DNA of 64,000 nucleotides, taken from contig JBAYUK010000002.1 of assembly GCA_041675145.1 (NCBI GenBank), positions 216,530 to 280,529 of the forward strand. The letters are read 5' to 3'. Each line of letters begins with the position of its first letter. The stretch's first letter is position 1. The translations under genes and the position numbers were made by a program. This DNA is from Patescibacteria group bacterium. Its GTDB lineage: Bacteria > Patescibacteriota > JACPGU01. The notes under the pieces are model-generated. The model was given only the letters and a program-made list of their open reading frames with translations. It had not been told where the DNA came from and did not search any database. Positions 11,691 through 21,205 of the stretch are shown piece by piece.

Positions 11691-11764
11691 CGGGGAGTGG
11701 CGCAGCTGGCTAGCGCACCTGGTTTGGGACCAGGGGGTCGCAGGTTCGAATCCTGTCTCCCCGA
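11691..11764 (+). tRNA. tRNA-Pro(TGG)
   Basis: CGGGGAG/CTCCCCG acceptor, CCTGG-TTTGGGA-CCAGG anticodon arm. Confidence 0.96.
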
Positions 11765-11836
11765 TTTTTTACAAGAAAATGTTTGGTAGTTATATAAGTT
11801 AAGACATTAGTCTTAACAGAATAAATTGCCATATGA

Positions 11837-11909
11837 GCGGGTGTCGTATAGTGGTTCATTATGCTAGCCTTCCAAGCTGGAGAGGTGGGTTCGATTCCCA
11901 TCACCCGCT
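11837..11909 (+). tRNA. tRNA-Gly(TCC)
   Basis: GCGGGTG/CACCCGC acceptor, CTAGC-CTTCCAA-GCTGG anticodon arm. Confidence 0.95.
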
Positions 11910-11972
11910 CTTTTGAATCTTAAAATTCAGTATCGTGCATTTCTGCTCTTCGGCTTTTCTTGTTTCTCCAAT

Positions 11973-12044
11973 GTCCTCGTGGTGAAATGGATATCACGCT
12001 TGGCTTCGGACCAAGAATTTCGGGTTCGAATCCTGACGAGGGCA
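11973..12044 (+). tRNA. tRNA-Arg(TCG)
   Basis: GTCCTCG/CGAGGGC acceptor, CTTGG-CTTCGGA-CCAAG anticodon arm. Confidence 0.92.
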
Positions 12045-12072
12045 TTGGAAAGACGTGAAAGGGCAATAGTGG

Positions 12073-12147
12073 GGTGACCATAGTTTAGTGGTAAAACTCC
12101 AGTTTGTGGCACTGGTATCGAGGGTTCGATTCCCTCTGGCCACCCCA
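12073..12147 (+). tRNA. tRNA-His(GTG), with G-1 and encoded CCA
   Basis: G-GTGACCA...TGGCCAC-C-CCA, CCAGT-TTGTGGC-ACTGG anticodon arm. Confidence 0.93.
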
Positions 12148-12187
12148 TTGCAGCTCTTTTTGTCTGCAAGGTATTTTAACTGAGTTT

Positions 12188-12261
12188 GCGCCCGTAGCTC
12201 AGTTGGATAGAGCAGGAGACTTCTAAGCTCAAGGTCAGAGGTTCGACTCCTCTCGGGCGCG
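12188..12261 (+). tRNA. tRNA-Arg(TCT), imperfect anticodon stem
   Basis: GCGCCCG/CGGGCGC acceptor, canonical D and T arms, loop CT-TCT-AA. Confidence 0.85.
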
Positions 12262-12290
12262 TTGATATTTTCCTACTTATAGATACAATA

Positions 12291-12629
12291 ATGAGTATGA
12301 AAATAGATAGAAAAAGTTTTGAAAAGGATGTTGTTGCGCTTGTATCATCAATCCCAGTTGGCCGAGTGATGACTTATGGTCAAATTGCTGCACTGGTTGG
12401 TTTTCCTCGCGCAGCACAAATGGTTGGATGGGTCATGCATTGGTCGGATCAGAAAAAGGTTCCGTATCAAAGAGTAGTAAACCGTTTTGGCGGTCTTGCT
12501 GTTGGCTATACTAACGGTGGGATTGATGGACATAAAAACGATTTACTTAACGAAGGGATAGTAGTAGGCGAAGATGGCACCATAGATCTCGAAAGATATA
12601 TGTGGTGGCCAAAAAATGTGGATCTGTAG
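12291..12629 (+). CDS. Alkyltransferase-like (ATL/MGMT-family) DNA-binding protein
   Basis: IPVGRVMTYGQIAAL...AAQMVG and PYQRVVN in place of catalytic PCHRV. Confidence 0.88.
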   Translation: MSMKIDRKSFEKDVVALVSSIPVGRVMTYGQIAALVGFPRAAQMVGWVMHWSDQKKVPYQRVVNRFGGLAVGYTNGGIDGHKNDLLNEGIVVGEDGTIDLERYMWWPKNVDL

Positions 12630-12693
12630 CTCAGTTGGTTAGAGCAACTGCCTCTTAAGCAGTGGGTCGTGAGTTCGAGTCTCACCAGGTCCA
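12620..12693 (+). tRNA. tRNA-Lys(CTT)
   Basis: GGATCTG/CAGGTCC acceptor, ACTGC-CTCTTAA-GCAGT anticodon arm. Confidence 0.95.
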
Positions 12694-12697
12694 TTTT

Positions 12698-12769
12698 GGT
12701 CCCATCGTCTAGTGGTTAGGACATCAGGTTTTCATCCTGAAAAGAGGGGTTCAATTCCCCTTGGGACTA
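12698..12769 (+). tRNA. tRNA-Glu(TTC)
   Basis: GGTCCCA/TGGGACT acceptor, TCAGG-TTTTCAT-CCTGA anticodon arm. Confidence 0.94.
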
Positions 12770-12777
12770 TTAGGGAT

Positions 12778-12806
12778 AAAAATAACTACTCAGGTAGTTA
12801 TTTTTT
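12778..12806 (+). terminator. Intrinsic terminator after tRNA cluster
   Basis: AAAAATAACTAC-TCAG-GTAGTTATTTTT. Confidence 0.7.
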
Positions 12807-12859
12807 GTTCTTAATACTACTTCAAACGTATCCGCTGATTATGGTACAATCAAAAAAAT

Positions 12860-13828
12860 ATGATTAGCAAAATTGTTATGGCAGAAAAAGATAAAAAAAC
12901 AAAGAAAAGGGTTACTCCAAAGAAAGTTTCTACAAAAAAAATAGCTACCAATAAGGCTTCAGCTAGTTCTGTAAAGGAAGTGCCTACAAGTGACTTCTTG
13001 TATGTAGGTACATGGATACATACAAACTGGATGTATGTAGCTGGTGCGTTTACTGGTTTGGTCGTCGCTGCGATCCTCGTAATTGCTGGGCTACACTATA
13101 TAAACAAGACCTCTGATATGAATATGAATACCGATGATTCGGTAGCGCAGGACTCAACTACAGAAGAATCCCCGTCGCTTGGTAGTCAAACTGAGTCGGA
13201 CGAAACTTTAGACAAACGTATCTACATAGGGCCTGCTAGTAAGCAGTTAGCAAAAGCTATTTCTGAAAAAGAAAAAGCCGATGAAAATAATATAGCAGTG
13301 CAAATTCTTAAATTTGACGAGATTCATGCAAAGGGAAGGTTTTTTGTTAAGGACCACCCAGAAGATGTAAATCCAAGAAACGACTCACAGGACTGGAAAC
13401 CTTTCTTTGCGGTTCAATTTAATACTGTTTGGACAATAGTTTCGGTAAATGACGAGAACCCCACCTGTATGGATCTAAAAAAGTATACTTTTCCTGCAGA
13501 CATTATGTATCCATGTAGTGATGATAACGAAAAAAAGGCATGGAGTGACACTGACCTAGAGGATCAGGTATCTAAGATACTTGAACAAAGATATGGCTCT
13601 GATCAAATTGACTTTATAGATATAGCTCAGTTTAGTGGTGACTTTGTTAGGGGAGTACTCAACCTAACCGAAGGGGAACATGACTTTTATCTTAAGAAAT
13701 CAACTGACGGTTGGAATGTAGTATACGATGGAGCCGGTGCTATCCCATGTGATGAGCTTAAAGAAGCTGGTTTCCCACAAGATATGTTCCTATCTTCATG
13801 TTACCCTGAATACGAAATAATTAGGTAG
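12860..13828 (+). CDS. Single-pass membrane protein with two tandem Cys-containing extracellular domains
   Basis: Lys-rich N-terminus, TM helix, acidic linker, then two W-x-[IV]V...C..L....FP.D....C repeats. Confidence 0.75.
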   Translation: MISKIVMAEKDKKTKKRVTPKKVSTKKIATNKASASSVKEVPTSDFLYVGTWIHTNWMYVAGAFTGLVVAAILVIAGLHYINKTSDMNMNTDDSVAQDSTTEESPSLGSQTESDETLDKRIYIGPASKQLAKAISEKEKADENNIAVQILKFDEIHAKGRFFVKDHPEDVNPRNDSQDWKPFFAVQFNTVWTIVSVNDENPTCMDLKKYTFPADIMYPCSDDNEKKAWSDTDLEDQVSKILEQRYGSDQIDFIDIAQFSGDFVRGVLNLTEGEHDFYLKKSTDGWNVVYDGAGAIPCDELKEAGFPQDMFLSSCYPEYEIIR

Positions 13829-13883
13829 AATAACCTAAATTATGATATAATATGATGTATATAGGAGGGTATTATTTCTATAT

Positions 13884-14843
13884 ATGTCAAAAGTATCTTT
13901 AGGCTCTCCAAGAGCTGAAATTTTAGGGTCAAACCTAGAGTTAACCGGGTCTTGGAAGTTACTACACAATTATCGTGCTCTGTTAGGCGTCGGAGTGTTA
14001 GTTATAGCTTTAACTCTTACTGGTTGTGGTATGTATATATCAATGACAGGAGTTCGAGCTACAGGCATTGCCTCTAGTTCTTTTGATGAAAATATTGAGC
14101 AGAAAGTTTTTTCAGACTATACGAAAGAGGCAGAAAATCTTAGGATAAAATACAATGGAATTAGTTTCTTTAACCCTGAGGGCTACTATGGCGTTGATGA
14201 CCTAAATACTAAGATTACTCAAAGATTATCCGGTCTTTCTGGAAACTACGGCGTATATACATATAACATAAAGACAGGGGAAGAGGCTGGGTATAATTTT
14301 AATCAGAAGTTTACTATGGCAAGTATTGCAAAGATATTTGCAGCGAGCTCTTTATACGCTAATCAGGGAACTAAAGTAAGGGTTGGGATTGTACAAAGTA
14401 TGCTTCACGCAAGCGATAACGGAGCATTTAGCCAGGCAATATCAGAAGTTGGGGTACATAATATAGTAGAGGGCATATCTCACAGTGGCGTAAGTGATAT
14501 AGACTTTGTAGGTAATGAAGCGAAGCCAAAAAGTATAGGTCAGTATCTAACACTGCTTTCACAAGAAAAGATTTTAAATCACGAAAATACTGCAAGCATC
14601 CTTAGTTTTATGAAAGGAACCACAAATGAAGAGCGGTTGCCCGCTTCTTTGCCGGAGGGAACAGATATTGCGCATAAGGTAGGGACATGGTCAGGCGCGT
14701 ATAGTGATGCAGGTATTGTTAATACTTCTTTTGGAAGTTATGTGGTTGTGGTGATGAGCGATGGCGTACGATACGATGAGGCAGTAAGTGCTATACAAGA
14801 TACTTCTCGTATTATTTATGAGTTTTGGAAAATACGTAGTTAG
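13884..14843 (+). CDS. Serine hydrolase, class A beta-lactamase-like (membrane-anchored)
   Basis: SxxK (MASIAK), SDN, HKVG (KTG-like) motifs. Confidence 0.85.
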   Translation: MSKVSLGSPRAEILGSNLELTGSWKLLHNYRALLGVGVLVIALTLTGCGMYISMTGVRATGIASSSFDENIEQKVFSDYTKEAENLRIKYNGISFFNPEGYYGVDDLNTKITQRLSGLSGNYGVYTYNIKTGEEAGYNFNQKFTMASIAKIFAASSLYANQGTKVRVGIVQSMLHASDNGAFSQAISEVGVHNIVEGISHSGVSDIDFVGNEAKPKSIGQYLTLLSQEKILNHENTASILSFMKGTTNEERLPASLPEGTDIAHKVGTWSGAYSDAGIVNTSFGSYVVVVMSDGVRYDEAVSAIQDTSRIIYEFWKIRS

Positions 14844-14865
14844 AAATTTTAAAACGAAAATACAT

Positions 14866-16779
14866 ATGTCTGATTTTTTAAACAACCTAAATGAAGAACA
14901 GAGTAAGGCTGTGACTACGACTACGGGACCTGTACTGATCTTGGCAGGGGCTGGGTCTGGCAAGACGCGCGTTATTACATATCGTATAGCATACCTTCTT
15001 GAGCAAGGCGTATCAGCCCAGAACATTTTAGCAGTTACCTTTACGAACAAGGCAGCACAGGAAATGAAAGAAAGAGTAGCGCACGTGCTCGGTAATACTA
15101 TTCCAGATATCTGGATAGGTACATTCCATAGTATTTGTGTGAGAATTCTACGTCGTGAGATATCGAAGCTTGGCATAACAAGTGGATTTACGATATATGA
15201 CACATCTGACCAACAACAAGTAATTAAGGAAATAATAAAAGAGCTCGGATACGATGAGAAACTTATAAAGGCAAGAAGTGTTCAGTATAAGATCAGCTCA
15301 CTTAAAAACGATCTTATTACCCCAGAACAGTTTAATAAAATATACGTTACTAGTTTTTTTGATGAAAAGATTGCTGAAGTCTATGTGAGGTATCAAAAAA
15401 GGCTTAGGTCTAATAACGCACTCGACTTTGATGATCTTATTTTTTATACCACAAAGATTTTTCAAGAATTTGACGAGGTATGTGAAAGGTATCAAAAGTT
15501 ATTTCAATATATTTTAGTTGATGAGTACCAAGATACAAACCATGCGCAATACACGCTTGTAAATATACTTGCAGCCGCTCACCATAATATTTGTGTTGTA
15601 GGGGATCCAGACCAATCTATTTATAACTTTCGTGGGGCAGATATTCGAAATATTCTAAACTTCGAAAGCGATTATCCAGATTTAAAAGTTTTTCGTCTTG
15701 AAGAGAACTATCGGAGCACTCAGAATATTCTAGCGGGTGCACAGGGTCTTATAGAAAGAAATACGCAAAGGAAGGAAAAGAAAATATGGACCAGTAATGA
15801 AACGGGAGATTGTATTCGCGTTATAGAAGTTCCTGGTGAAAGAGAAGAAGGATCTTTTGTTGTATATACGATACGACGACTTCTTCAGGATAACCCGTCT
15901 AAGAACCTAAATGACTGCGTAGTGTTTTACCGTACTCATGCGCAGAGTCGAGCGTTAGAGGAATCATTTTTAACTTACTCTGTTCCGTACAGAATTGTAG
16001 GTGGTCTTAGTTTCTATGAGAGAAAAGAAGTAAAAGATATATTAGCGTACATTAGAATATTGGAAAATCCTTACGACCTTGTTTCGCTCAAAAGGATAAT
16101 AAATACCCCAGCTCGTGGTATAGGAGAAAAAACTGTTGATGAGGTTCTAGCATTCCCTGGTTTTTCTCTTACTGATACGCGGTTTCTTGATGACTTGCCC
16201 ATCAAGATACGACAAAAAGTACAGACTTTTTTTGACCTTTACGGGAGGATAAAAGAAGCTTCATTTCATCAGTCAATTTCTAGTCTTATGATGACTGTTG
16301 TAAACGAATCAAGCTATAAAGAATACTTACTGGATGGAACTAGCGAGGGAGAGGTGAGGTGGGAAAACGTAAAAGAGCTTTTAACGGTAGCTAGTCGTTT
16401 TGACCATTTGTCTCCTCAAGAGTCTATTACCGCTTTCTTAGAGGATGTATCTCTAGTTGCTCATCAAGAAAAGAAGGACAGTGTTTTGCCTGCAGTTACT
16501 CTTATGACAATTCACGGAGCTAAAGGACTCGAGTTTGATTATGTTTTTATTGTAGGGGTAGAGGAGAATATATTTCCTCACTCACAGTCAATGAGTGAAG
16601 CAAAGGATGTAGAGGAGGAAAGAAGATTATGTTATGTGGGTATTACCCGTGCTCGAAAGAAACTATACTTATTACACGCTCGTAACAGAATGATATATGG
16701 TGGTTTTCAAAATAACTCTAGATCAAGGTTTATTGACGAACTACCTGAAGATTCAGTCGAGTTTGAGCAGTCTTACTAA
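14866..16779 (+). CDS. pcrA: ATP-dependent DNA helicase PcrA/UvrD
   Basis: LAGAGSGKT, TFTNKAA, LVDEYQD, NYRST, MTIHGAKGLEF, EERRLCYV. Start placed at ATG 14866 (MSDFLNNLNEEQ). Confidence 0.96.
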   Translation: MSDFLNNLNEEQSKAVTTTTGPVLILAGAGSGKTRVITYRIAYLLEQGVSAQNILAVTFTNKAAQEMKERVAHVLGNTIPDIWIGTFHSICVRILRREISKLGITSGFTIYDTSDQQQVIKEIIKELGYDEKLIKARSVQYKISSLKNDLITPEQFNKIYVTSFFDEKIAEVYVRYQKRLRSNNALDFDDLIFYTTKIFQEFDEVCERYQKLFQYILVDEYQDTNHAQYTLVNILAAAHHNICVVGDPDQSIYNFRGADIRNILNFESDYPDLKVFRLEENYRSTQNILAGAQGLIERNTQRKEKKIWTSNETGDCIRVIEVPGEREEGSFVVYTIRRLLQDNPSKNLNDCVVFYRTHAQSRALEESFLTYSVPYRIVGGLSFYERKEVKDILAYIRILENPYDLVSLKRIINTPARGIGEKTVDEVLAFPGFSLTDTRFLDDLPIKIRQKVQTFFDLYGRIKEASFHQSISSLMMTVVNESSYKEYLLDGTSEGEVRWENVKELLTVASRFDHLSPQESITAFLEDVSLVAHQEKKDSVLPAVTLMTIHGAKGLEFDYVFIVGVEENIFPHSQSMSEAKDVEEERRLCYVGITRARKKLYLLHARNRMIYGGFQNNSRSRFIDELPEDSVEFEQSY

Positions 16780-16785
16780 ATACTT

Positions 16786-17577
16786 ATGTCTGAAAGATTA
16801 GGCCAGAATTTTTTAATAGATAAAAACATTATAAAAAAGATCATTCTTGCAGGGGAAGTTACTTCTTCCGATATTATTGTTGAAATAGGTCCTGGGAAAG
16901 GTATTTTAACTGGCGCTCTTGTTTCTACTGGCGCATATGTTATTGCAGTTGAAAAAGATGAGAAGTTATTTAATGACCTAAGCATAAAATATAAGAATAC
17001 TCAGAATCTCGAGCTTATCCTTGGTGATATTCGTTCATTTGACTTTGATCATCACGTGAGTCTCCTGGGTAAGAAATATAAAATCATTGCAAATATACCC
17101 TACTATTTAACTTCGTTTCTTATACGCCAGTTGATGGCTCTTTCTCATAAGCCAGACGATATTGTACTTATGATACAAAAGGAGGTGGGTGAGAGAATGG
17201 TGGCGGGCTCAGGAGACATGAACTTACTTGCTCTTTCTGTGCAGTTGTTTGCTCAAGTGAAAGTTTTGTTTGGGGTTTCAAAAGTAGCATTTAGTCCTGC
17301 GCCACGAGTAGATAGTGTTGTTGTGTCAATCATACCGAAGCCAGTATCTATATTGGATAGTAATGATATTGAGGATTTTTTTATCATTACTCGATCCGTC
17401 TTTCAGAATAAGAGAAAAATGATTGCAAATCCACTTGCTCAGGTTTTGGATATAGAAAAAACATCTGTATATGATATATTGAAATCAATAAGTATTGACC
17501 CCGATATTCGTCCTCAGGAATTATCGGTAGAACAATGGGTGGAATTATTCTATGCAACAAAAAAAATACAAAAATAA
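16786..17577 (+). CDS. rsmA: 16S rRNA m6,2A dimethyltransferase RsmA/KsgA
   Basis: LGQNFL, EIGPGKG, ANIPYY, F.PAPRVDS. Confidence 0.96.
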   Translation: MSERLGQNFLIDKNIIKKIILAGEVTSSDIIVEIGPGKGILTGALVSTGAYVIAVEKDEKLFNDLSIKYKNTQNLELILGDIRSFDFDHHVSLLGKKYKIIANIPYYLTSFLIRQLMALSHKPDDIVLMIQKEVGERMVAGSGDMNLLALSVQLFAQVKVLFGVSKVAFSPAPRVDSVVVSIIPKPVSILDSNDIEDFFIITRSVFQNKRKMIANPLAQVLDIEKTSVYDILKSISIDPDIRPQELSVEQWVELFYATKKIQK

Positions 17578-18841
17578 AAAGAGTAAATTTACTCTAAAAG
17601 AAATGGGGAGGGTGGTGGGTCCTGGTGTTGTGACAGGCTCTTCTGATGACGATCCTTCTGGAATTGGTACATACTCTGTTGCTGGAGCATCATTTGGTTT
17701 ACGTCAGTTGTGGCTTGCTCCGTATCAATTGCCGCTCATGATTGCACTACAAGAGATGTGTGGAAGATTAGGTTTGGTAACAGGTAGAGGATTGGCAGGT
17801 AATATAAAAAAGTTTTTGCCTATTCATTTTCTGTACATTATTGTAGGTTTGCTAGTCTTTGCAAATGTCTTAAATATCGGTGCAGACATATCAGTTATGG
17901 CAGCGTCTCTTGAAATGGTGACGCATATAAACAGCTTAATTTGGGCGCCACTACTAACCATATTTATTATCCTTCTCGAAGTATTTGTTACCTATAAAAA
18001 GTATGCGGGGATCTTAAAGTGGACTACCTTATCCTTATTTGCGTATGTAATTACTGCGTTTTTGGTTCCTCAGGACTGGAGGCACATTATCATATCGAGC
18101 ATAAAGCCAACTCTAGTATTTGATCGGACTTTCATACTGACTGTTGTTGGTTTTCTTGGGACTACAATTTCGCCATATCTCTTTTTCTGGCAAACAAGTG
18201 AGGAGAATGAAGAGGAAAAAGATTCTGGTAAGTTATCTGATATTGGTTCAGCACGACCGTATATTACCAGAAAGGATATAAAGAGAATGAGGCTTGATAC
18301 TATCATTGGGATGATATTATCTCAGGTGATTTGTTTCTTTATTATAGTAACCTGTGCCAGCACTTTAAATGCTCACGGAGTTACGGATATTTCTAGCGCA
18401 CAAGAAGCGGCATCTGCATTGGTACCGTTTGCAGGAAATTGGGCAGGACTTTTGTTTGTGCTAGGGATTGTTGGTTCTGGACTTCTCGGTGTTCCTGTTT
18501 TAGCTGGCGCTGTCGCGTATGCTTTATCCGAGACATTTGGTTGGAAAGAAGGTCTGTCAAAAAAATTCAAAGAAGCAAAAGCTTTTTACATAACAATCAT
18601 AGTAGCTACATTCCTTGGACTCTTATTCCACTATCTACATATTAACCCAATAAAGGCGTTACTATATGCGGCAGTGGTCAATGGAGTAGTGGCGGTTCCT
18701 GTAATTGCTCTTATCATTTCTTTGACAAGTAATAAAAAAGTAATGGGTAAGTATACTAATACTATTTGGTCGAATGTTTTTGGTTGGGCTGCTTTTATAA
18801 TAATGTTAGGCGCAGTTGGCATTTTGATATTCGTTAATTAA
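17552..18841 (+). CDS. NRAMP-family divalent metal cation transporter
   Basis: GPG..TGSSDDDPSGIGTYS, GTTISPYLFFWQ, ~11 TM. The start could instead be the second Met (MGRVVG). Confidence 0.9.
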   Translation: MQQKKYKNKKSKFTLKEMGRVVGPGVVTGSSDDDPSGIGTYSVAGASFGLRQLWLAPYQLPLMIALQEMCGRLGLVTGRGLAGNIKKFLPIHFLYIIVGLLVFANVLNIGADISVMAASLEMVTHINSLIWAPLLTIFIILLEVFVTYKKYAGILKWTTLSLFAYVITAFLVPQDWRHIIISSIKPTLVFDRTFILTVVGFLGTTISPYLFFWQTSEENEEEKDSGKLSDIGSARPYITRKDIKRMRLDTIIGMILSQVICFFIIVTCASTLNAHGVTDISSAQEAASALVPFAGNWAGLLFVLGIVGSGLLGVPVLAGAVAYALSETFGWKEGLSKKFKEAKAFYITIIVATFLGLLFHYLHINPIKALLYAAVVNGVVAVPVIALIISLTSNKKVMGKYTNTIWSNVFGWAAFIIMLGAVGILIFVN

Positions 18842-18846
18842 TTTTT

Positions 18847-19530
18847 ATGGCAAAACTCTATATAGTTGCTACTCCAATTGGGAATACTCACGATATCAGT
18901 GAAAGAGCGAAAGAAACTCTTTCAAGTGTGGAATATGTATTTGCAGAGGATAGTCGCAAAACAAATATATTCTTACGACTTATAGGAATAAAAAAATCAG
19001 CCAAGACATATCACCATCACTCTGGGCGCGGGAAAGAAAATGAGATTATTAATCACCTACAAAAAGGTGATGATGTAGCACTTGTAACCGATGCAGGTAC
19101 TCCAGGGATATCAGATCCCGGAAATATGTTAGTTTCTCGTGTTTGGGACGAAATACAAGGTGGCGAAATGGATGTTCAAATCATACCGATACCTGGCGCT
19201 AGCGCTGTGACAACTATTTTATCTGCATGCGGTTTCCCAACCGACGAGTTCTACTTCTTAGGGTTCTTACCAAAAAAGAAAGGAAGACAGAAGAAGCTCT
19301 CACAAATAAAGGATATTAAAACCGTTTTAGTTTTGTATGAATCTCCTTACCGGGTCGTAAAGACCTTAGAAGAACTACTGCTTGTCTTTGGGGATGTACC
19401 ATGCGTAGTTGGTCGTGAGCTCACAAAAAAGTTTGAAGAAATAAACCATGGACCAATATCTCAAATACTTTCTCACTATAGGTCAAAGACAGTAAAAGGA
19501 GAGTTTGTATTGGTACTAAATAATAATTAG
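18847..19530 (+). CDS. rsmI: 16S rRNA C1402 2'-O-methyltransferase RsmI
   Basis: LYIVATPIGN, AEDSR, DAGTPGISDPG, YESPYR, RELTKKFEE. Confidence 0.96.
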   Translation: MAKLYIVATPIGNTHDISERAKETLSSVEYVFAEDSRKTNIFLRLIGIKKSAKTYHHHSGRGKENEIINHLQKGDDVALVTDAGTPGISDPGNMLVSRVWDEIQGGEMDVQIIPIPGASAVTTILSACGFPTDEFYFLGFLPKKKGRQKKLSQIKDIKTVLVLYESPYRVVKTLEELLLVFGDVPCVVGRELTKKFEEINHGPISQILSHYRSKTVKGEFVLVLNNN

Positions 19531-19536
19531 ATTCTT

Positions 19537-20385
19537 ATGATTTGGCATTCACTCTTAGCTACACTTTCTAATGCCGGTAACTCGCTTTTAGAAAAAGATT
19601 TTCTTGATCACAATAGGAGAAGGCATGACCTAGGAGTACTTGCCTTTTTGTATCTTATAGCCTTTTTACTACAAGTAGCTTTTTTGTATCCTAAATATGG
19701 ACTACTGTATGCAGGTGCTCTAGATACCAAGGTGGTTGTTTTGCTTATTCTTATGTGTGTTCTAGCAGCTATTGGCAACGGCTTCTACTACTATGGGCTA
19801 CCAAAAGAAGGACTATCTCAAATACAACCTTTTATTGTTTTCAACCCACTGCTCACTATCTTACTAGCAAGTATCTTCTTTACGGATGAGAGAGATGTTT
19901 GGAAAATAATCTTTGCCTGTATAGCAATTGGTGTCTTGATGCTAACCCACATCCGTGGTAAAAAAGTATCTCTAGGAGAAGGCTTGTCTTCAATTCTGTT
20001 GTCGATGTTTTTGTATTCGTTTGAAGTGCTCATGACAAAAGAGTTACTCTATTTCTATTCTCCAATTGCGCTATATACTATTCGCGTTGGTGTTATATCT
20101 TTACTATTTTTTATCTTCTTTAGACCTGAGGTTAGTATACTTAGAAGACAGAACATGCTGCGAGTAGTATTTCTGCCTATGGTATGGATAGTTACTATGG
20201 GAGCTACATACTATAGCTATCACGAAATTGGAATAGTAGGAACTGTATTGGTTTTGCTACTCGCACCATTTCTTACGATTATTGGTTCTCACTTTTTACT
20301 AAAGGAGCAAAAAATTGAAAAGAAGGATATAATAGCCCTAGTTCTTGTTTTGCTTTGTGTTATAGGCGCCCAGTTAAGACAGTAA
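19537..20385 (+). CDS. DMT/EamA-family transporter
   Basis: Ten TM helices in two repeats, 'NPLLTILLASIFFTDE' and 'APFLTIIGSHFLLKE'. Confidence 0.8.
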   Translation: MIWHSLLATLSNAGNSLLEKDFLDHNRRRHDLGVLAFLYLIAFLLQVAFLYPKYGLLYAGALDTKVVVLLILMCVLAAIGNGFYYYGLPKEGLSQIQPFIVFNPLLTILLASIFFTDERDVWKIIFACIAIGVLMLTHIRGKKVSLGEGLSSILLSMFLYSFEVLMTKELLYFYSPIALYTIRVGVISLLFFIFFRPEVSILRRQNMLRVVFLPMVWIVTMGATYYSYHEIGIVGTVLVLLLAPFLTIIGSHFLLKEQKIEKKDIIALVLVLLCVIGAQLRQ

Positions 20386-20386
20386 T

Positions 20387-21184
20387 ATGATAGATACTCA
20401 TGCACACATCCAGGAGAAGGAATATAAAGCTGATCAGGATCAGGTTATTTCACGAGCTCAATTATCTGGTGTTGAGCAGGTATTTTGTATCGGCAGCACT
20501 ATGAGCAATAGTTACGATGCAGTTGCGCTTGCCAAGCGGTATCCTGATTTTGTTCTTCCTTCTGTAGGACTTCATCCGCATGATATGGACGAGGGCGACA
20601 CAAAAAAAACAACCCCACAGTTACTAAAGGAGTTGGAGGTATTACTAGTGGAAAATGACAATATTGTCGCTATCGGTGAGTGTGGTCTAGATTTTAATGT
20701 TCGTGAAGGTCAGGAGCTTCCACGCAGTATTCAGGATCAAAAGGAGTTGTTTGTGGGACAAATCAACCTGGCTAAGAAGTACCAGTTACCGATATTCTTT
20801 CACGTTAACAAGGCATATGATGAAGTTTTAGATATATTACTAGAAGAAGACTTAGGGGATATTCCAGGAATATTTCACTTTTATACAGGAGGAAAAAAGA
20901 GAATTCAAAAGATACTAAATAGTGGTAACTTGTATTTTGGAGTAGGAGGGGCAGTTACTTACGATCAGGGTATTATGGAAGTAGTAAAAGAACTACCACT
21001 GGATCGTATAGTACTTGAGACAGACTGCCCATATTTAGCTCCAGTCCCACATAGAGGTGAGAGAAATGAGCCCGCCTGGATCAGTTTTGTAGTAGACAAG
21101 ATAGCTGACCTTAAGCAGGTACCAGTAAATGAGGTCATATACCAGACCACGATTAATGCAAAAAGTATATTAGCCGGAAAATGA
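20387..21184 (+). CDS. tatD: TatD-family hydrolase/nuclease
   Basis: IDTHAH, GLHP, AIGECGLD, LETDCPYL, RNEP. Confidence 0.94.
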   Translation: MIDTHAHIQEKEYKADQDQVISRAQLSGVEQVFCIGSTMSNSYDAVALAKRYPDFVLPSVGLHPHDMDEGDTKKTTPQLLKELEVLLVENDNIVAIGECGLDFNVREGQELPRSIQDQKELFVGQINLAKKYQLPIFFHVNKAYDEVLDILLEEDLGDIPGIFHFYTGGKKRIQKILNSGNLYFGVGGAVTYDQGIMEVVKELPLDRIVLETDCPYLAPVPHRGERNEPAWISFVVDKIADLKQVPVNEVIYQTTINAKSILAGK

Positions 21185-21205
21185 TGGATTTTGTATAATA
21201 CTGAT

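Noticed and set aside
13884-14843. Bona fide class A beta-lactamase resistance gene
   Set aside because: The SxxK/SDN/K(V)G motifs are present, but it is membrane-anchored and the omega-loop region is shortened. It is more consistent with a PBP-like hydrolase of unknown substrate.
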